Positions 1 through 9,123 of a stretch of DNA of 17,877 bases are shown here, piece by piece; positions within the stretch are counted from its first letter, which is position 1, and the number at the start of each line of letters is the position of its first letter. The notes beneath the pieces are model-generated. The model ran no database searches and was not told the origin of the DNA. It saw nothing but the letters and a program-made list of their open reading frames with translations. Origin of the DNA: Candidatus Krumholzibacteriota bacterium (GTDB lineage: Bacteria; Krumholzibacteriota; Krumholzibacteriia; LZORAL124-64-63); NCBI GenBank assembly GCA_039714075.1, contig JBDLKA010000077.1, forward strand, positions 1 to 17,877. Direction: 5' to 3'. The translations under genes and the position numbers were made by a program.

Positions 1-1004
1 TGCCCGAACCCTACACCGGCATGAACCCCTATGAGGTCTATCGCTCCCTCGGTTGCTTGGCCCGCCTGTACGAGTACAATTCCTGTTTCCGGCGCATCGA
101 GCATCCCGGGGTGCGCTTCGTCCGGCGCGACCTGAACGAGACGGATGTGGAAACGGTGGTCGAGACACCGGTGGGCACACAGACCGCCGTGCACCGGAAA
201 TCCCTCAACAGCCCCCACGGGATCACGTTGAAGTGGGAGGTCGAAACGCTCGAGGAATTGAAGGTTGCCACCTGGCGCGAGGAGAACGCCGCGTGGGAGT
301 GGGACCAGGAGGAATTCGACCGCCACATGCGCACCTGCGGCGACCTGGGCGCCCCCACCATGTTCATGCCGCGGATGAACGTCCAGTGCCTGTACATCGA
401 GAAGATGGGGGTGGAGAAGGGCGTGTACGCCATGTTCGAATGGCCGACGGAGATCGAGACCTTCTTCGGCGTCCTGGACGAGAGCCACGACCGGTTGATC
501 GACGTCATCAACCCTTCGCCCGTCGAGATAATCAACTTCGGCGAGAACATCCACGCGGGAACGCTCTCGCCGGACCTGTTCCGGGGCTATCACCTGCCGG
601 CCTGCCGGCGGCGGTGCGAGAAGCTCCACGGCGCCGGGAAGTTCGTCACTTCCCACTGGGATGGCGACACGAAACCGCTGCTGCCCTTCGCCAGGGAAAC
701 GGGGCTGGACGGCATCGAGGCGATCACTCCCTACCCGCAGGGGGACGTGACGCTCGAGGAGATGAAGGATGCCCTGGGGGACGAGATCTTTCTTCTGGAC
801 GGGATCCCGGCCATCTACTTCGACGACACCTACCCGGTGGAGACGCTCATCGAATGCACGGAGAAGCTGATCGAACTGTTCGCGCCCAGGCTGGTGCTGG
901 GGATCTCGGATGAGATATCATCGACCGGGGACATCGAGCGGCTGCGGGTCGTGGGCGACATCGTGGACGAGTACAACAAGCGGGTCGATCCCGGGATCGA
1001 CTGA
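1..1004 (+). CDS. Uroporphyrinogen decarboxylase/MtaA (URO-D/CIMS-like) superfamily protein, 5'-truncated
   Basis: Frame is open from the window edge (PEPYTG precedes the ATG at 21), so the real start is probably upstream. Motifs TPVGT, INFGEN...LSPDLF, SHWDG, GLDGIEAITP.PQGD, LLDGIP and LVLGISDE fit the URO-D-like TIM barrel. Adjacent to a corrinoid protein. Confidence 0.8.
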   Translation, partial: PEPYTGMNPYEVYRSLGCLARLYEYNSCFRRIEHPGVRFVRRDLNETDVETVVETPVGTQTAVHRKSLNSPHGITLKWEVETLEELKVATWREENAAWEWDQEEFDRHMRTCGDLGAPTMFMPRMNVQCLYIEKMGVEKGVYAMFEWPTEIETFFGVLDESHDRLIDVINPSPVEIINFGENIHAGTLSPDLFRGYHLPACRRRCEKLHGAGKFVTSHWDGDTKPLLPFARETGLDGIEAITPYPQGDVTLEEMKDALGDEIFLLDGIPAIYFDDTYPVETLIECTEKLIELFAPRLVLGISDEISSTGDIERLRVVGDIVDEYNKRVDPGID

Positions 1005-1013
1005 GGAGCACCC

Positions 1014-1697
1014 ATGGAAGAACTGCTGGAAAGACTCGCGGTCTGCATCGAGCACGGCAAGGTCGACGCCGATTCTCCCTATCCACCGGAATTGAAGGGA
1101 CAGGAGGGGGCGACCGAATTGACGAGACGGGCCCTGGCCGCCGGCTGCCCGCCCCGGGAAGTGCTCGCCGGCGGCCTGATGACCGGCATGGGGCGCGTGG
1201 GAGACCGCTTCGAGAAGGGCGAGGCCTTCATCCCCGAACTGCTGATCGCCGCCCGGGCCATGACCGCGTCGATGGAACTGCTCAAGCCCTATTTCGAAAG
1301 CGGGGACATCGAGTACCGGGGCAAGGTCATCCTGGGCACGGTGGCCGGCGACCTGCACGACATCGGCAAGAACATCGTGCGGATGGTGCTCGAGGGCGAC
1401 GGCTGGGAAGTGATAGACCTGGGCGTGGACGTGACCACCGAGCAGTTTCTCGACACGTTGGCCGGGAATCCCGGCAGCCTGGTCGGCCTGAGCGCCCTGT
1501 TGACGACAACCATGATCAACATGGAAAGGACCACGGCCGAGATCCAGGTAAAATATCCCGGTACGCCGGTCTTCGTGGGAGGGGCGCCGCTGTCCGATGA
1601 GTTCTGCGCGAAGATCGGCGCGAGCGGATATTTCCAGGATCCGCAGAAGTTCGCGAAACATCTGCGCGGGCCGGCTGATACCGAAGGCGGGGACTAG
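1014..1697 (+). CDS. Cobalamin-binding corrinoid protein (methyltransferase cognate, MtaC/MetH B12-domain type)
   Basis: GTVAGDLHDIGKNIV (DxHxxG base-off/His-on motif), DLGVDV, VGLSALLTTTM and VFVGGAP. N-terminal cap domain GM..VG.RFE.GE.FIPELL.AA.AM. GAGGAG RBS upstream of the ATG. Confidence 0.95.
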   Translation: MEELLERLAVCIEHGKVDADSPYPPELKGQEGATELTRRALAAGCPPREVLAGGLMTGMGRVGDRFEKGEAFIPELLIAARAMTASMELLKPYFESGDIEYRGKVILGTVAGDLHDIGKNIVRMVLEGDGWEVIDLGVDVTTEQFLDTLAGNPGSLVGLSALLTTTMINMERTTAEIQVKYPGTPVFVGGAPLSDEFCAKIGASGYFQDPQKFAKHLRGPADTEGGD

Positions 1698-1701
1698 CGG
1701 C

Positions 1702-2754
1702 ATGTCGCAATCCTCGCGTGAACTCGTCCGGCGCGCGTTGCGGTTCGAGCACCCGGAGCGCCTGCCGCGCCAACTCTGGACGCTGCCCTGGGCGAATATC
1801 CACCATCCCGGGACGGTGGCGGAGTTGGAACGGCGCTACCCTGCGGACATCGAGATCTGCCAGTACTTCTACCGGCCCTCGCAACGCGCCGAGGGCGACC
1901 CCTACCGGGTCGGCACGAGCACCGACGCGTGGGGCTGCGTGTTCAGGAACATCCAGCCCGGAATGATCGGCGAGGTGGACGAGCCCATCCTGGCAAACAT
2001 GGCCGATGCCGCGGCCTACCGGCCTCCCTGCGAGCAGTTGCCCAAGGCCGGAAGCCGTGAGTGGTCGGAGGCGCAGGACGTGATCAGCCGCTTCCACGCC
2101 GGGACCGACAGGTTCGTCTTCGCCAATATCGATACCCGGCCCTGGGAGCGGTACCAGTTCCTGCGCGGCACGGAGAACGCCCTTGTCGATGTACTGATGC
2201 CCGAGTCTGGAATGACCGATCTGCTGCAGAAGATCCACGGGTTCTACCTCCGGGAGCTGGAGTTCTGGTGCGCCGCGGATGTCGACGCCATTCCCCTGGC
2301 CGACGACTGGGGGACGCAATCCAACCTGCTGATCAACCCTGATCTCTGGCGCGAGCATTTCAAGCCGCTGTACCGCGAGTACTGCGAGATGGCCAGGGCC
2401 CACGGGAAGTTCGTGTTCCTGCATTCGGACGGCTTCGTCACCGACATCTACGAGGATCTCATCGAGATCGGCATCGATGCGGTCAACTCCCAGCTCTTCT
2501 GCATGGACATGGGCGAGCTGGCCCGGATAGGCAAGGGCAGGATCACCTTCTGGGGCGAGATCGACAGGCAGAAGGTGTTGACCTCGGAGAACCCCGAGGA
2601 CGGCCGCGCGGCGGTGCGCGAGGTGGCGCGGCACCTGTACGATCCGGCCGGCGGGATCATCGCGCAGTTCGAATTCGGAGCCGGGGCGAACCCGGAAACC
2701 GTGATGGTGATTTTCGACGAGTGGGAGAAGGTCCATCGTGAAGCGACCCGATAA
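1702..2754 (+). CDS. URO-D/MtaA superfamily protein (putative methyltransferase component)
   Basis: Likely start is the ATG at 1702 (MSQSSRELVRRALRFEHPERLP), 4 nt after the corrinoid stop. Motifs TDAWGC, WER.QFLRG.EN, DDWGTQ..LLI.P..WRE.FKP.Y, FLHSDG and FWGEIDRQ. Confidence 0.9.
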   Translation: MSQSSRELVRRALRFEHPERLPRQLWTLPWANIHHPGTVAELERRYPADIEICQYFYRPSQRAEGDPYRVGTSTDAWGCVFRNIQPGMIGEVDEPILANMADAAAYRPPCEQLPKAGSREWSEAQDVISRFHAGTDRFVFANIDTRPWERYQFLRGTENALVDVLMPESGMTDLLQKIHGFYLRELEFWCAADVDAIPLADDWGTQSNLLINPDLWREHFKPLYREYCEMARAHGKFVFLHSDGFVTDIYEDLIEIGIDAVNSQLFCMDMGELARIGKGRITFWGEIDRQKVLTSENPEDGRAAVREVARHLYDPAGGIIAQFEFGAGANPETVMVIFDEWEKVHREATR

Positions 2755-3682
2755 CAACATCAGCAACAGGGACCGCCTGGTCACGATTCTCGAGGGAGGG
2801 GTGCCCGACTTCCCGCCCCATTTCGAGATCACTTTCCAACTGGGCAAAGAGTTCTTCGACATGGATTGGCAGCAGGTGAACGAGGCGCCGTATGCATCGG
2901 AAGCGGCCCGGACGGAGGCCCTCGAGGATTTCCACATCGAGCTCCAGCTGCGGTTGATCGAGGAGTTCGACTACGCGGCCGTGCAGCCCCCGAACAGCCT
3001 GGCGGGCATAGAGAAGACGAAGAGGGCGGTGGGGGAGCGGGCGCTGGTCGCGCCGCACGACTGGGACGGGGTGTTCTGGATGCCGGGCGGCAACGAGATC
3101 ATGCAGTTCGTCGAGCGGATGTACCTGCGTCCGGACGAGATGCACGCGGAAGCGCGCACCAAGTGCGACGCAGCCAAGCTGCGCCTGGCGCAGCAGGCCG
3201 ACGCCGGAGCGGACTTCTTCCTGCTGGCCTACGACTTCGGTTTCAACAACGGCCCCTTCATCTCGCCGACGCAGTTCGGTGAATTCGTGGCGCCCTACCT
3301 GGACGAGATCGTCGCCGCCGTTCACGACACGGGCAAGAAGGCGCTGCTGCACTCGGACGGCGACCTGAACCTGCTGCTCGACAGGATCCACGCCACCGGC
3401 ATCGACGGCTACCAGTCGGTCGACCCCCAGGGGAACATGGACATCCGGGCGGTGCGCGAGAGGTTCCCGGACTGGATCCTGATGGGCAACGTGAACTCGG
3501 GCATGCTGCAGTTCACCGACGAGGAGAAGATCCGCGAGTCGGTGGACTACTGCATGGAGCACGGGGGCGTGGGGAAGAGGTACGTCTTTTCGACCAGCAA
3601 CTGCATCTTCGACGGCATGCCGGCCGGGAGCTATCGGATGATGTTGAGGGAGTACCGGAAGTGGGCGACCGATCCGGGATAG
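2738..3682 (+). CDS. URO-D/MtaA superfamily protein
   Basis: GTG start overlaps the previous gene. Motifs DFGFNNGPFISP.QF.EFV.PY, LLHSDG, GIDGYQSVDPQGNMD, LMGNV and FSTSNCI. Confidence 0.88.
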   Translation: MKRPDNNISNRDRLVTILEGGVPDFPPHFEITFQLGKEFFDMDWQQVNEAPYASEAARTEALEDFHIELQLRLIEEFDYAAVQPPNSLAGIEKTKRAVGERALVAPHDWDGVFWMPGGNEIMQFVERMYLRPDEMHAEARTKCDAAKLRLAQQADAGADFFLLAYDFGFNNGPFISPTQFGEFVAPYLDEIVAAVHDTGKKALLHSDGDLNLLLDRIHATGIDGYQSVDPQGNMDIRAVRERFPDWILMGNVNSGMLQFTDEEKIRESVDYCMEHGGVGKRYVFSTSNCIFDGMPAGSYRMMLREYRKWATDPG

Positions 3683-3760
3683 GCGACGGGGTGGCAGCTA
3701 CCGTCTGCGGCTGACTTAGGTCAGATAGCATGTCGAAATGAACTGGGAATTAGACGGGCT

Positions 3761-5053
3761 TCATTCTTGTGCCGCATGCAAACGCGGGTTGTCGAGGCGC
3801 AAGCGGTACATCACTTGATTGTAGTTGTAGCGCGGGGTTTTCTCTGGGGCCCCACTGAACGAATCTGTATAGGTTCCCTCCAAGTAGATGATACGGCCAC
3901 CCTCTTGGTTGAAGAACGTGTGTGTGGCAACATTATAGAAATTGTACCGATCGTGATGAATGATCTTCACGGCCTCGCCGTACGGACCTTCCGGTTGTGT
4001 CGCCTCGGAGTAATAGACATCGCCGGTATCTTCCATAAGCATGATCCAGCGTTTCCGGTACTCGTTCCAGACAACACAGGACGGCCGCGCGCCGCTCGCA
4101 GGCAGCAGAACATCGCGCGCTTCCCATCGGCTTGAATCCTGAATCGCGTTCCAGTCGTCCGGCACGCGCAGCCACGGATAGAGATACCAGTAGCCGTCAT
4201 GCTGGAAGGGGTGAGAGGAGACATGGTGATCGCGGCAAGGCAGTTGCACCCAGGGCTGAAATACTCCCGTCCGGTCATCGAACAGTGCCAAACCACACTC
4301 GTCGGGAAATTTCAGACCATCCTGCCTCGTATATGTAGCGATCAGCCGCTCCTCGCCATTCGGATCAATCATCGGGATCAAGCCCTCGATCCACACCAAG
4401 CCTTTGCTCGGTAAAGGGAGCATTCGCTTCACGCGCCCTTTCGGATCCGTGAAGTAGTCGTAGTTCACCGCTACGTCAGGATTATCGCCAAGATCGCTGG
4501 TTGCCGCCGTAACACTGAAGTTCCAGTATGAAGGCCCAACAGTGTCGCCCCAGATCCAGAAGATCGCGCCCTTGTACACTGCGGCGGAGACCGTATCCTG
4601 GCCGAGCACCAGAGCATTCATCATCGGTTCTTCCAGCGCCACCGGCAAACCTGCCATCTTGCTGTCACGGTAGATACCCTCTCCAGTCAGACGATACAGT
4701 CGTTCGGCGATCATCGTGCGATGGACGCGCAGTTCCAATACTCCGCCGGGTTCGATTCTTGCGTTCACTCCCCGTCCAAGGGGTGTTTCATCCGAATATT
4801 CATAGCCGTGGCTTCGGATGGCGATGAACACCTCACGTTCGATGAACGATGGCTCGTCGATTGCAGCCACGCCGGCGCTGTCGGTCCAGTACTTGACCTC
4901 GTTTGGAAACCTCAACTCAACCAGCGGTACGCCGCGGCCTGTCTCTTGGTCGACTACATGAATCACGAAGTATTCTATCGTCCGGGCGTCGGCGCGAGAC
5001 CAGTGCAATACCGCCGCGATAATCAACGCAATGACCAGCGATACAAGCCTCAA
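3761..5053 (-). CDS. Secreted hypothetical protein, possibly a beta-propeller glycoside-hydrolase-like protein
   Basis: 430-aa ORF with a TTG start and an N-terminal signal peptide (MRLVSLVIALIIAAVLHWSRADA). It has an Ig/CarboxypepD-like start (VVDQETGRGVPLVEL), a WIWGDT motif reminiscent of DUF4185-type FGDT, and short aromatic-rich beta strands. Function is inferred only. Confidence 0.6.
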   Translation of the reverse strand: MRLVSLVIALIIAAVLHWSRADARTIEYFVIHVVDQETGRGVPLVELRFPNEVKYWTDSAGVAAIDEPSFIEREVFIAIRSHGYEYSDETPLGRGVNARIEPGGVLELRVHRTMIAERLYRLTGEGIYRDSKMAGLPVALEEPMMNALVLGQDTVSAAVYKGAIFWIWGDTVGPSYWNFSVTAATSDLGDNPDVAVNYDYFTDPKGRVKRMLPLPSKGLVWIEGLIPMIDPNGEERLIATYTRQDGLKFPDECGLALFDDRTGVFQPWVQLPCRDHHVSSHPFQHDGYWYLYPWLRVPDDWNAIQDSSRWEARDVLLPASGARPSCVVWNEYRKRWIMLMEDTGDVYYSEATQPEGPYGEAVKIIHHDRYNFYNVATHTFFNQEGGRIIYLEGTYTDSFSGAPEKTPRYNYNQVMYRLRLDNPRLHAAQE

Positions 5054-5378
5054 GACGTACCCCGTTTCATTGATTCAGCGGTTCAACGGGAACCATGATG
5101 GTCTTCGTACCCGGTTTTCCTGCAGACAATTCAGGATACCATTTCACGGCCGAACTTCGAGTCAAGCTTTCCTGGCAGGTTTTAATCCCCCTACCCAGGG
5201 GGGTAGATTAGTGAACAAACCCCCCAGCTAGCCCCCCGCTAACCGTAAATGTCTATAAAATTACAGATGCAGGATCTCCGCTACCCGAAGAACGGATGGT
5301 TGGCTGGTTCGAGATTCCATGGTTTAGTTGGTCCGCTCCGGTAGGGCAAGGTTCGAACAAGAAGGATCCGGTAATATC

Positions 5379-7157
5379 GTGCAACTCGACTCTCTTGACT
5401 GGCTGGTCGTGGTTGTTTGCCTCGTTGCGGCCTTTGCGCCGGCGTTGTGGTTTGCCCGTCGTGCCAGTCGCGGCACGGCCGAGTTCTTCGCCAGCGGCCG
5501 CACGGCTCCCTGGTGGTTGATCGGCACGAGCATGGTGGCGACCACCTTCAGTACCGACACGCCCAACCTGGTCACCGATCTTGTACGGTCAAACGGTGTG
5601 GCCGCAAATTGGAGCTGGTGGGCTTTCCTGATTACAGGGATGGCGACGGTGTTCCTCTACGCCCGCCTGTGGCGGCGCAGCGGCGCTCTTACCGACCTCG
5701 AATTTTACGAGATGCGATATAGCGGCCGACTCGCTGCTGTCGTTCGCGGTGTGCGCGCCGTATATCTCGGTCTCGTGTTCAACGCCGTGATCATGGCGAC
5801 CGTTACCCTGGCCGCCGTGAAGATCGCCCATGTTCTGCTTGGCTGGGATCGGGGTACGACACTCGTCGTTTGTTTCCTGTTGAGCGTGGGCTTTTCAGCA
5901 CTGGCCGGCCTCTGGGGCGTGCTCGTGGCGGACCTGGTACAGTTCGCCATCGCCATGATTGGCGTTATTGCAGCGGCGCGGGCCGCCCTGCAGGCGCCTC
6001 AGGTGGGAGGGCTGACTGGTCTGGTCGATCGACTTGATCCGCAGACTCTGGCCTTTTTCCCCGACCCGGGTGACGGAACGGTGTTCGTATCGGTATTGGT
6101 CGTGCCTCTTGCGGTCCAGTGGTGGGCGGTGTGGTATCCCGGGGCGGAACCGGGCGGCGGCAGTTACATCGCCCAGCGCATGCTGGCGGCCCGCGATGAA
6201 AACCACGCCCTGAAGGCGGTTCTCTGGTTCAACGTGGCCCACTATGCCCTGCGCCCGTGGCCCTGGATCCTGGTTGCTCTGGCCTCGCTGTTGGTTTTTC
6301 CGGAACTGTCCGACATCCGTGCCGCTCTACCGCATGTCGACCCCGCGCTGCTCGGGAATGACATCGCCTATCCGGCCATGCTGACGCTCTTGCCCCACGG
6401 ACTGCTGGGTCTGCTGGTGGCTTCACTCACGTCGGCGTATGTCTCCACCATGAGCACCCATCTGAACTGGGGCGCTTCATACCTGGTGAACGACCTGTAT
6501 CGCCGTTTTCTCCGTCCGGACGCTGATGAACGCCACTTGGTGCGGATGTCGCGTCTGGTGACGGTCGGTCTCATGGGCTGCGCCGCGGGGTTCACTCTTC
6601 TTCTTGAGACGGCGGGGGAGGCCTTTCGCCTGCTTCTCTCCTTCGGCGCGGGCACCGGCCTGATCTACCTGTTGCGCTGGTACTGGTGGCGTATCAACGC
6701 CTGGAGCGAGATTTCGGCCATGATCGTGTCATTCCTGGTCACGATCTCGATACATCTGCTCGGGCGGGCCGATGTCATCAGGCTGGGGTCGGACGCGACC
6801 CTGCTCTGGACGGTCGGGATCACCACCTTTGTCTGGCTGGCCGTGACTTTTATGACGCCGCCCGTCGATCGAACCACTCTCGCCGCGTTCGTCCGCCGCG
6901 TCCGCCCGGCGGGGCCCGGTTGGCCGGGATTCACGAGCGACGATTCGCTACCGGCCGACAACCTGCCGCGCGCCCTGCTCTCCTGGTCCCTGGGCTGCCT
7001 GTCCATCTATGCGGCGCTGTTCGCAATCGGCAGTTTCCTCTACGGGTATACGGCAAGGGGCTCTTCCCTCGGTGTGCTGGCCGTCGTGGCCTTCCTTGCG
7101 TTGAACCGGTTTTCGAGGGGACCCAAGGACCAACCCCCAGGGATCCGGGTCAGATAG
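5379..7157 (+). CDS. Sodium:solute symporter (SSS) family transporter
   Basis: Probable start is the GTG at 5379 (MQLDSLDWLVV) after GAAGGA. Motifs EFFASGR..PWWL.GTSMVATTFSTDTP and YIAQRMLAA.DE, with many hydrophobic TM segments. Confidence 0.92.
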   Translation: MQLDSLDWLVVVVCLVAAFAPALWFARRASRGTAEFFASGRTAPWWLIGTSMVATTFSTDTPNLVTDLVRSNGVAANWSWWAFLITGMATVFLYARLWRRSGALTDLEFYEMRYSGRLAAVVRGVRAVYLGLVFNAVIMATVTLAAVKIAHVLLGWDRGTTLVVCFLLSVGFSALAGLWGVLVADLVQFAIAMIGVIAAARAALQAPQVGGLTGLVDRLDPQTLAFFPDPGDGTVFVSVLVVPLAVQWWAVWYPGAEPGGGSYIAQRMLAARDENHALKAVLWFNVAHYALRPWPWILVALASLLVFPELSDIRAALPHVDPALLGNDIAYPAMLTLLPHGLLGLLVASLTSAYVSTMSTHLNWGASYLVNDLYRRFLRPDADERHLVRMSRLVTVGLMGCAAGFTLLLETAGEAFRLLLSFGAGTGLIYLLRWYWWRINAWSEISAMIVSFLVTISIHLLGRADVIRLGSDATLLWTVGITTFVWLAVTFMTPPVDRTTLAAFVRRVRPAGPGWPGFTSDDSLPADNLPRALLSWSLGCLSIYAALFAIGSFLYGYTARGSSLGVLAVVAFLALNRFSRGPKDQPPGIRVR

Positions 7158-9123
7158 TGTCGATCACGTGTTGCATCGCCTCCCGGGAAGCCAGCAGGGC
7201 TTCCAGCAGGGACAGTTGAGCTCGAGCTCGCCTCAGATTGTGCCCGGGCTCGTCGACCGGATAGTAGATATCGCCCCCCAGATGGTCTGCCAGGAAGCGT
7301 AGTGACTGTTCGTAGGTGATCACAATGGCGCCGGCAACCAGTTGAAACCGCTCCGGTCTGCTGATCCAACCGTCGGCGCCTTCCAGATAACCCGAGGCCA
7401 GATCGTGAAAGATATCCTCCCGTATGGTGATAAGGTCCGGATCAGGTTCGTCTTCGGGCCGACCTGTGACCGAAGAGCGCACGAGGTCGCCGAAATCGAA
7501 GACAGCGCAACCCGGCATGACCGTGTCGAGATCAACCACGCAAAGCGCTTTGCCCGTCTCGGTATCGACGAGAACGTTATCGAGTTTGGCGTCGTTATGG
7601 ACCAGGCGCACAGGCAGGCTTTCCCGCGGCAGGGAACCGGCCAGCGACGCCAGGGCGACGAGGCGATCATACTCCGGGCGGCAGGTCCCGAGCCGACCGT
7701 GATTGTCGGATTCCGCGCTGGATCGGAGGGCCGCCAACCGGCTCGGCGTGTCGTGAAAACCGGGCAGGATTTCCCGCGGTCTCGGCCCTGGTCCCTCGTT
7801 GACCAGTTCCAGGAATTGACCGAGGAGTCTGGCCGCGTCGAATATCTCGGCGGAATTCGTGCAAAGGGGCGGGCGGGAGTCGGGGATCAGGGCGGCTACG
7901 CGCCAGACGTCGCCGTCGTCGTCGCGCAGCCAGGGACGATCTTCAGACCCTTCGCGGAAGGTAAGGCGTTTCCGGGGGTCGGCTTCGCCGCGCCGGCGCA
8001 AGGCTTCGTCCACGCGCCGGGCGGCCACGGCGGCGTTCTCGGCCACGGCGATCGGGTCGGGGAAAACACGATGGTTCAGGCGTTGCACCAGATGCGGGCC
8101 CTGCACCGTGTCCACACGCCAGGTGGTGTGGATCAGGCCTTTGCCGAAGGGCCGGGCCGGGGAATCGGCCACATCGAGGCCGAATTGCCGGATGATACGC
8201 AAGGGGCTCTCCAGCTTCTCCAGGCGCCTGGCCACACGCTGGCGGTCCCGGGGCCAGGTCATTCCGCACCAGGAATCCGGAGCCGTCCTTACGCGCACTC
8301 CGGCCTTCCCGGATCTGATGGCGCGATCGACCGCCGCCGGGAGATGGCACTCGTCGGTCTCGAGATTCGCGGTGGCCAGGAAGTCCGTCAGGCAGTCCTC
8401 GAGCAAGGGGAAGATGTCGGGCGTGAAGGCCCAGGCATTCATCGACACGGGCTTGTCCTGGGGCAGGCTCGACCCGCGTTCCGGCCCGGTCGTGATACGT
8501 CCTTCGCCGTCGATGGCCAGGTGTTCTTCGAGGGCAATAAGCCAACCGTCATCGTCCACCTCACAGACGGCCCGTGAGACCGTCCCTTCCCTGGACAGGG
8601 TCGAGGCGAGGGGATAACCAAGCATGGCGAAAATGGGACCGGCGACCGCCTCGGAATCGGTTTCCGTCAGGGCGGCGGCCAGAGCGGTCGGAGCATTCGG
8701 ACCGTAGTGGTCGTCGGCGTTGAACAACAGGAACGGGCCCGTCACGGCGCGGCGGACCGACCAGGCCGCGTGAGCGGTTCCCCAGGGTCTGGTCCGACAA
8801 ACCGGGGATGGCGAGGGCAGGTCGTCGGGTATCTGCAGGACGACGTCGAGCTGGAGATCCCGAATCGGACGCGCTGCAAAGAGTGAGCGAATGTCACGCT
8901 CCAGCTGCGGGGCCGTGACGATCACGGCGTGGCGGCAGCCGGCACGATGGGCGTCGCGCAGCGTGACTTCCAGGAGCGTCGCACCGTCCGGAGCAACCGG
9001 CACCAGCTGCTTGGCGCCTCCGAAGCGATGGCCGACGCCTCCGGCAAGAACAACAACCTCCAGGTCGGCGGTTCCCCGAGGCTGAGAGGAATTGTCCGGT
9101 AGCCCTGTTTTGCCGGCGTTCAT
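7150..9123 (-). CDS. Fusion of an N-terminal sugar-phosphate nucleotidyltransferase and a C-terminal APH/choline-kinase-fold N-acetylhexosamine 1-kinase (NahK)-like domain
   Basis: N-half motifs: VVLAGGVGHRFGGAKQL, RPWGTAHA, NADDHYG, GTVSRAVC, VSMNAWAFTP. C-half motifs: G.GLIHTTW, QRLN..VF, LPGFHDTP, HNDAKLDNVL, VDLDTVMPG..FDFGD, LRFLADHL.GD.YY, HNL.RARAQ. One uninterrupted 657-aa frame. Confidence 0.85.
   Translation of the reverse strand: MNAGKTGLPDNSSQPRGTADLEVVVLAGGVGHRFGGAKQLVPVAPDGATLLEVTLRDAHRAGCRHAVIVTAPQLERDIRSLFAARPIRDLQLDVVLQIPDDLPSPSPVCRTRPWGTAHAAWSVRRAVTGPFLLFNADDHYGPNAPTALAAALTETDSEAVAGPIFAMLGYPLASTLSREGTVSRAVCEVDDDGWLIALEEHLAIDGEGRITTGPERGSSLPQDKPVSMNAWAFTPDIFPLLEDCLTDFLATANLETDECHLPAAVDRAIRSGKAGVRVRTAPDSWCGMTWPRDRQRVARRLEKLESPLRIIRQFGLDVADSPARPFGKGLIHTTWRVDTVQGPHLVQRLNHRVFPDPIAVAENAAVAARRVDEALRRRGEADPRKRLTFREGSEDRPWLRDDDGDVWRVAALIPDSRPPLCTNSAEIFDAARLLGQFLELVNEGPGPRPREILPGFHDTPSRLAALRSSAESDNHGRLGTCRPEYDRLVALASLAGSLPRESLPVRLVHNDAKLDNVLVDTETGKALCVVDLDTVMPGCAVFDFGDLVRSSVTGRPEDEPDPDLITIREDIFHDLASGYLEGADGWISRPERFQLVAGAIVITYEQSLRFLADHLGGDIYYPVDEPGHNLRRARAQLSLLEALLASREAMQHVIDTI

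Noticed and set aside
1597..1701. N-terminal extension of the second URO-D ORF, and likewise the longer starts at 5328, 14062 and 14107
   Set aside because: They overlap neighbours or add non-homologous sequence. The downstream starts fit RBS, signal peptide or family N-termini better.
1516..3562. Long - strand ORFs (473 aa, 301 aa) and similar antisense ORFs at 7342..8577, 9261..10304, 12003..13352 and 15614..16852
   Set aside because: They lie antisense to well-supported genes, are expected from high-GC codon bias, and show no recognisable motifs.
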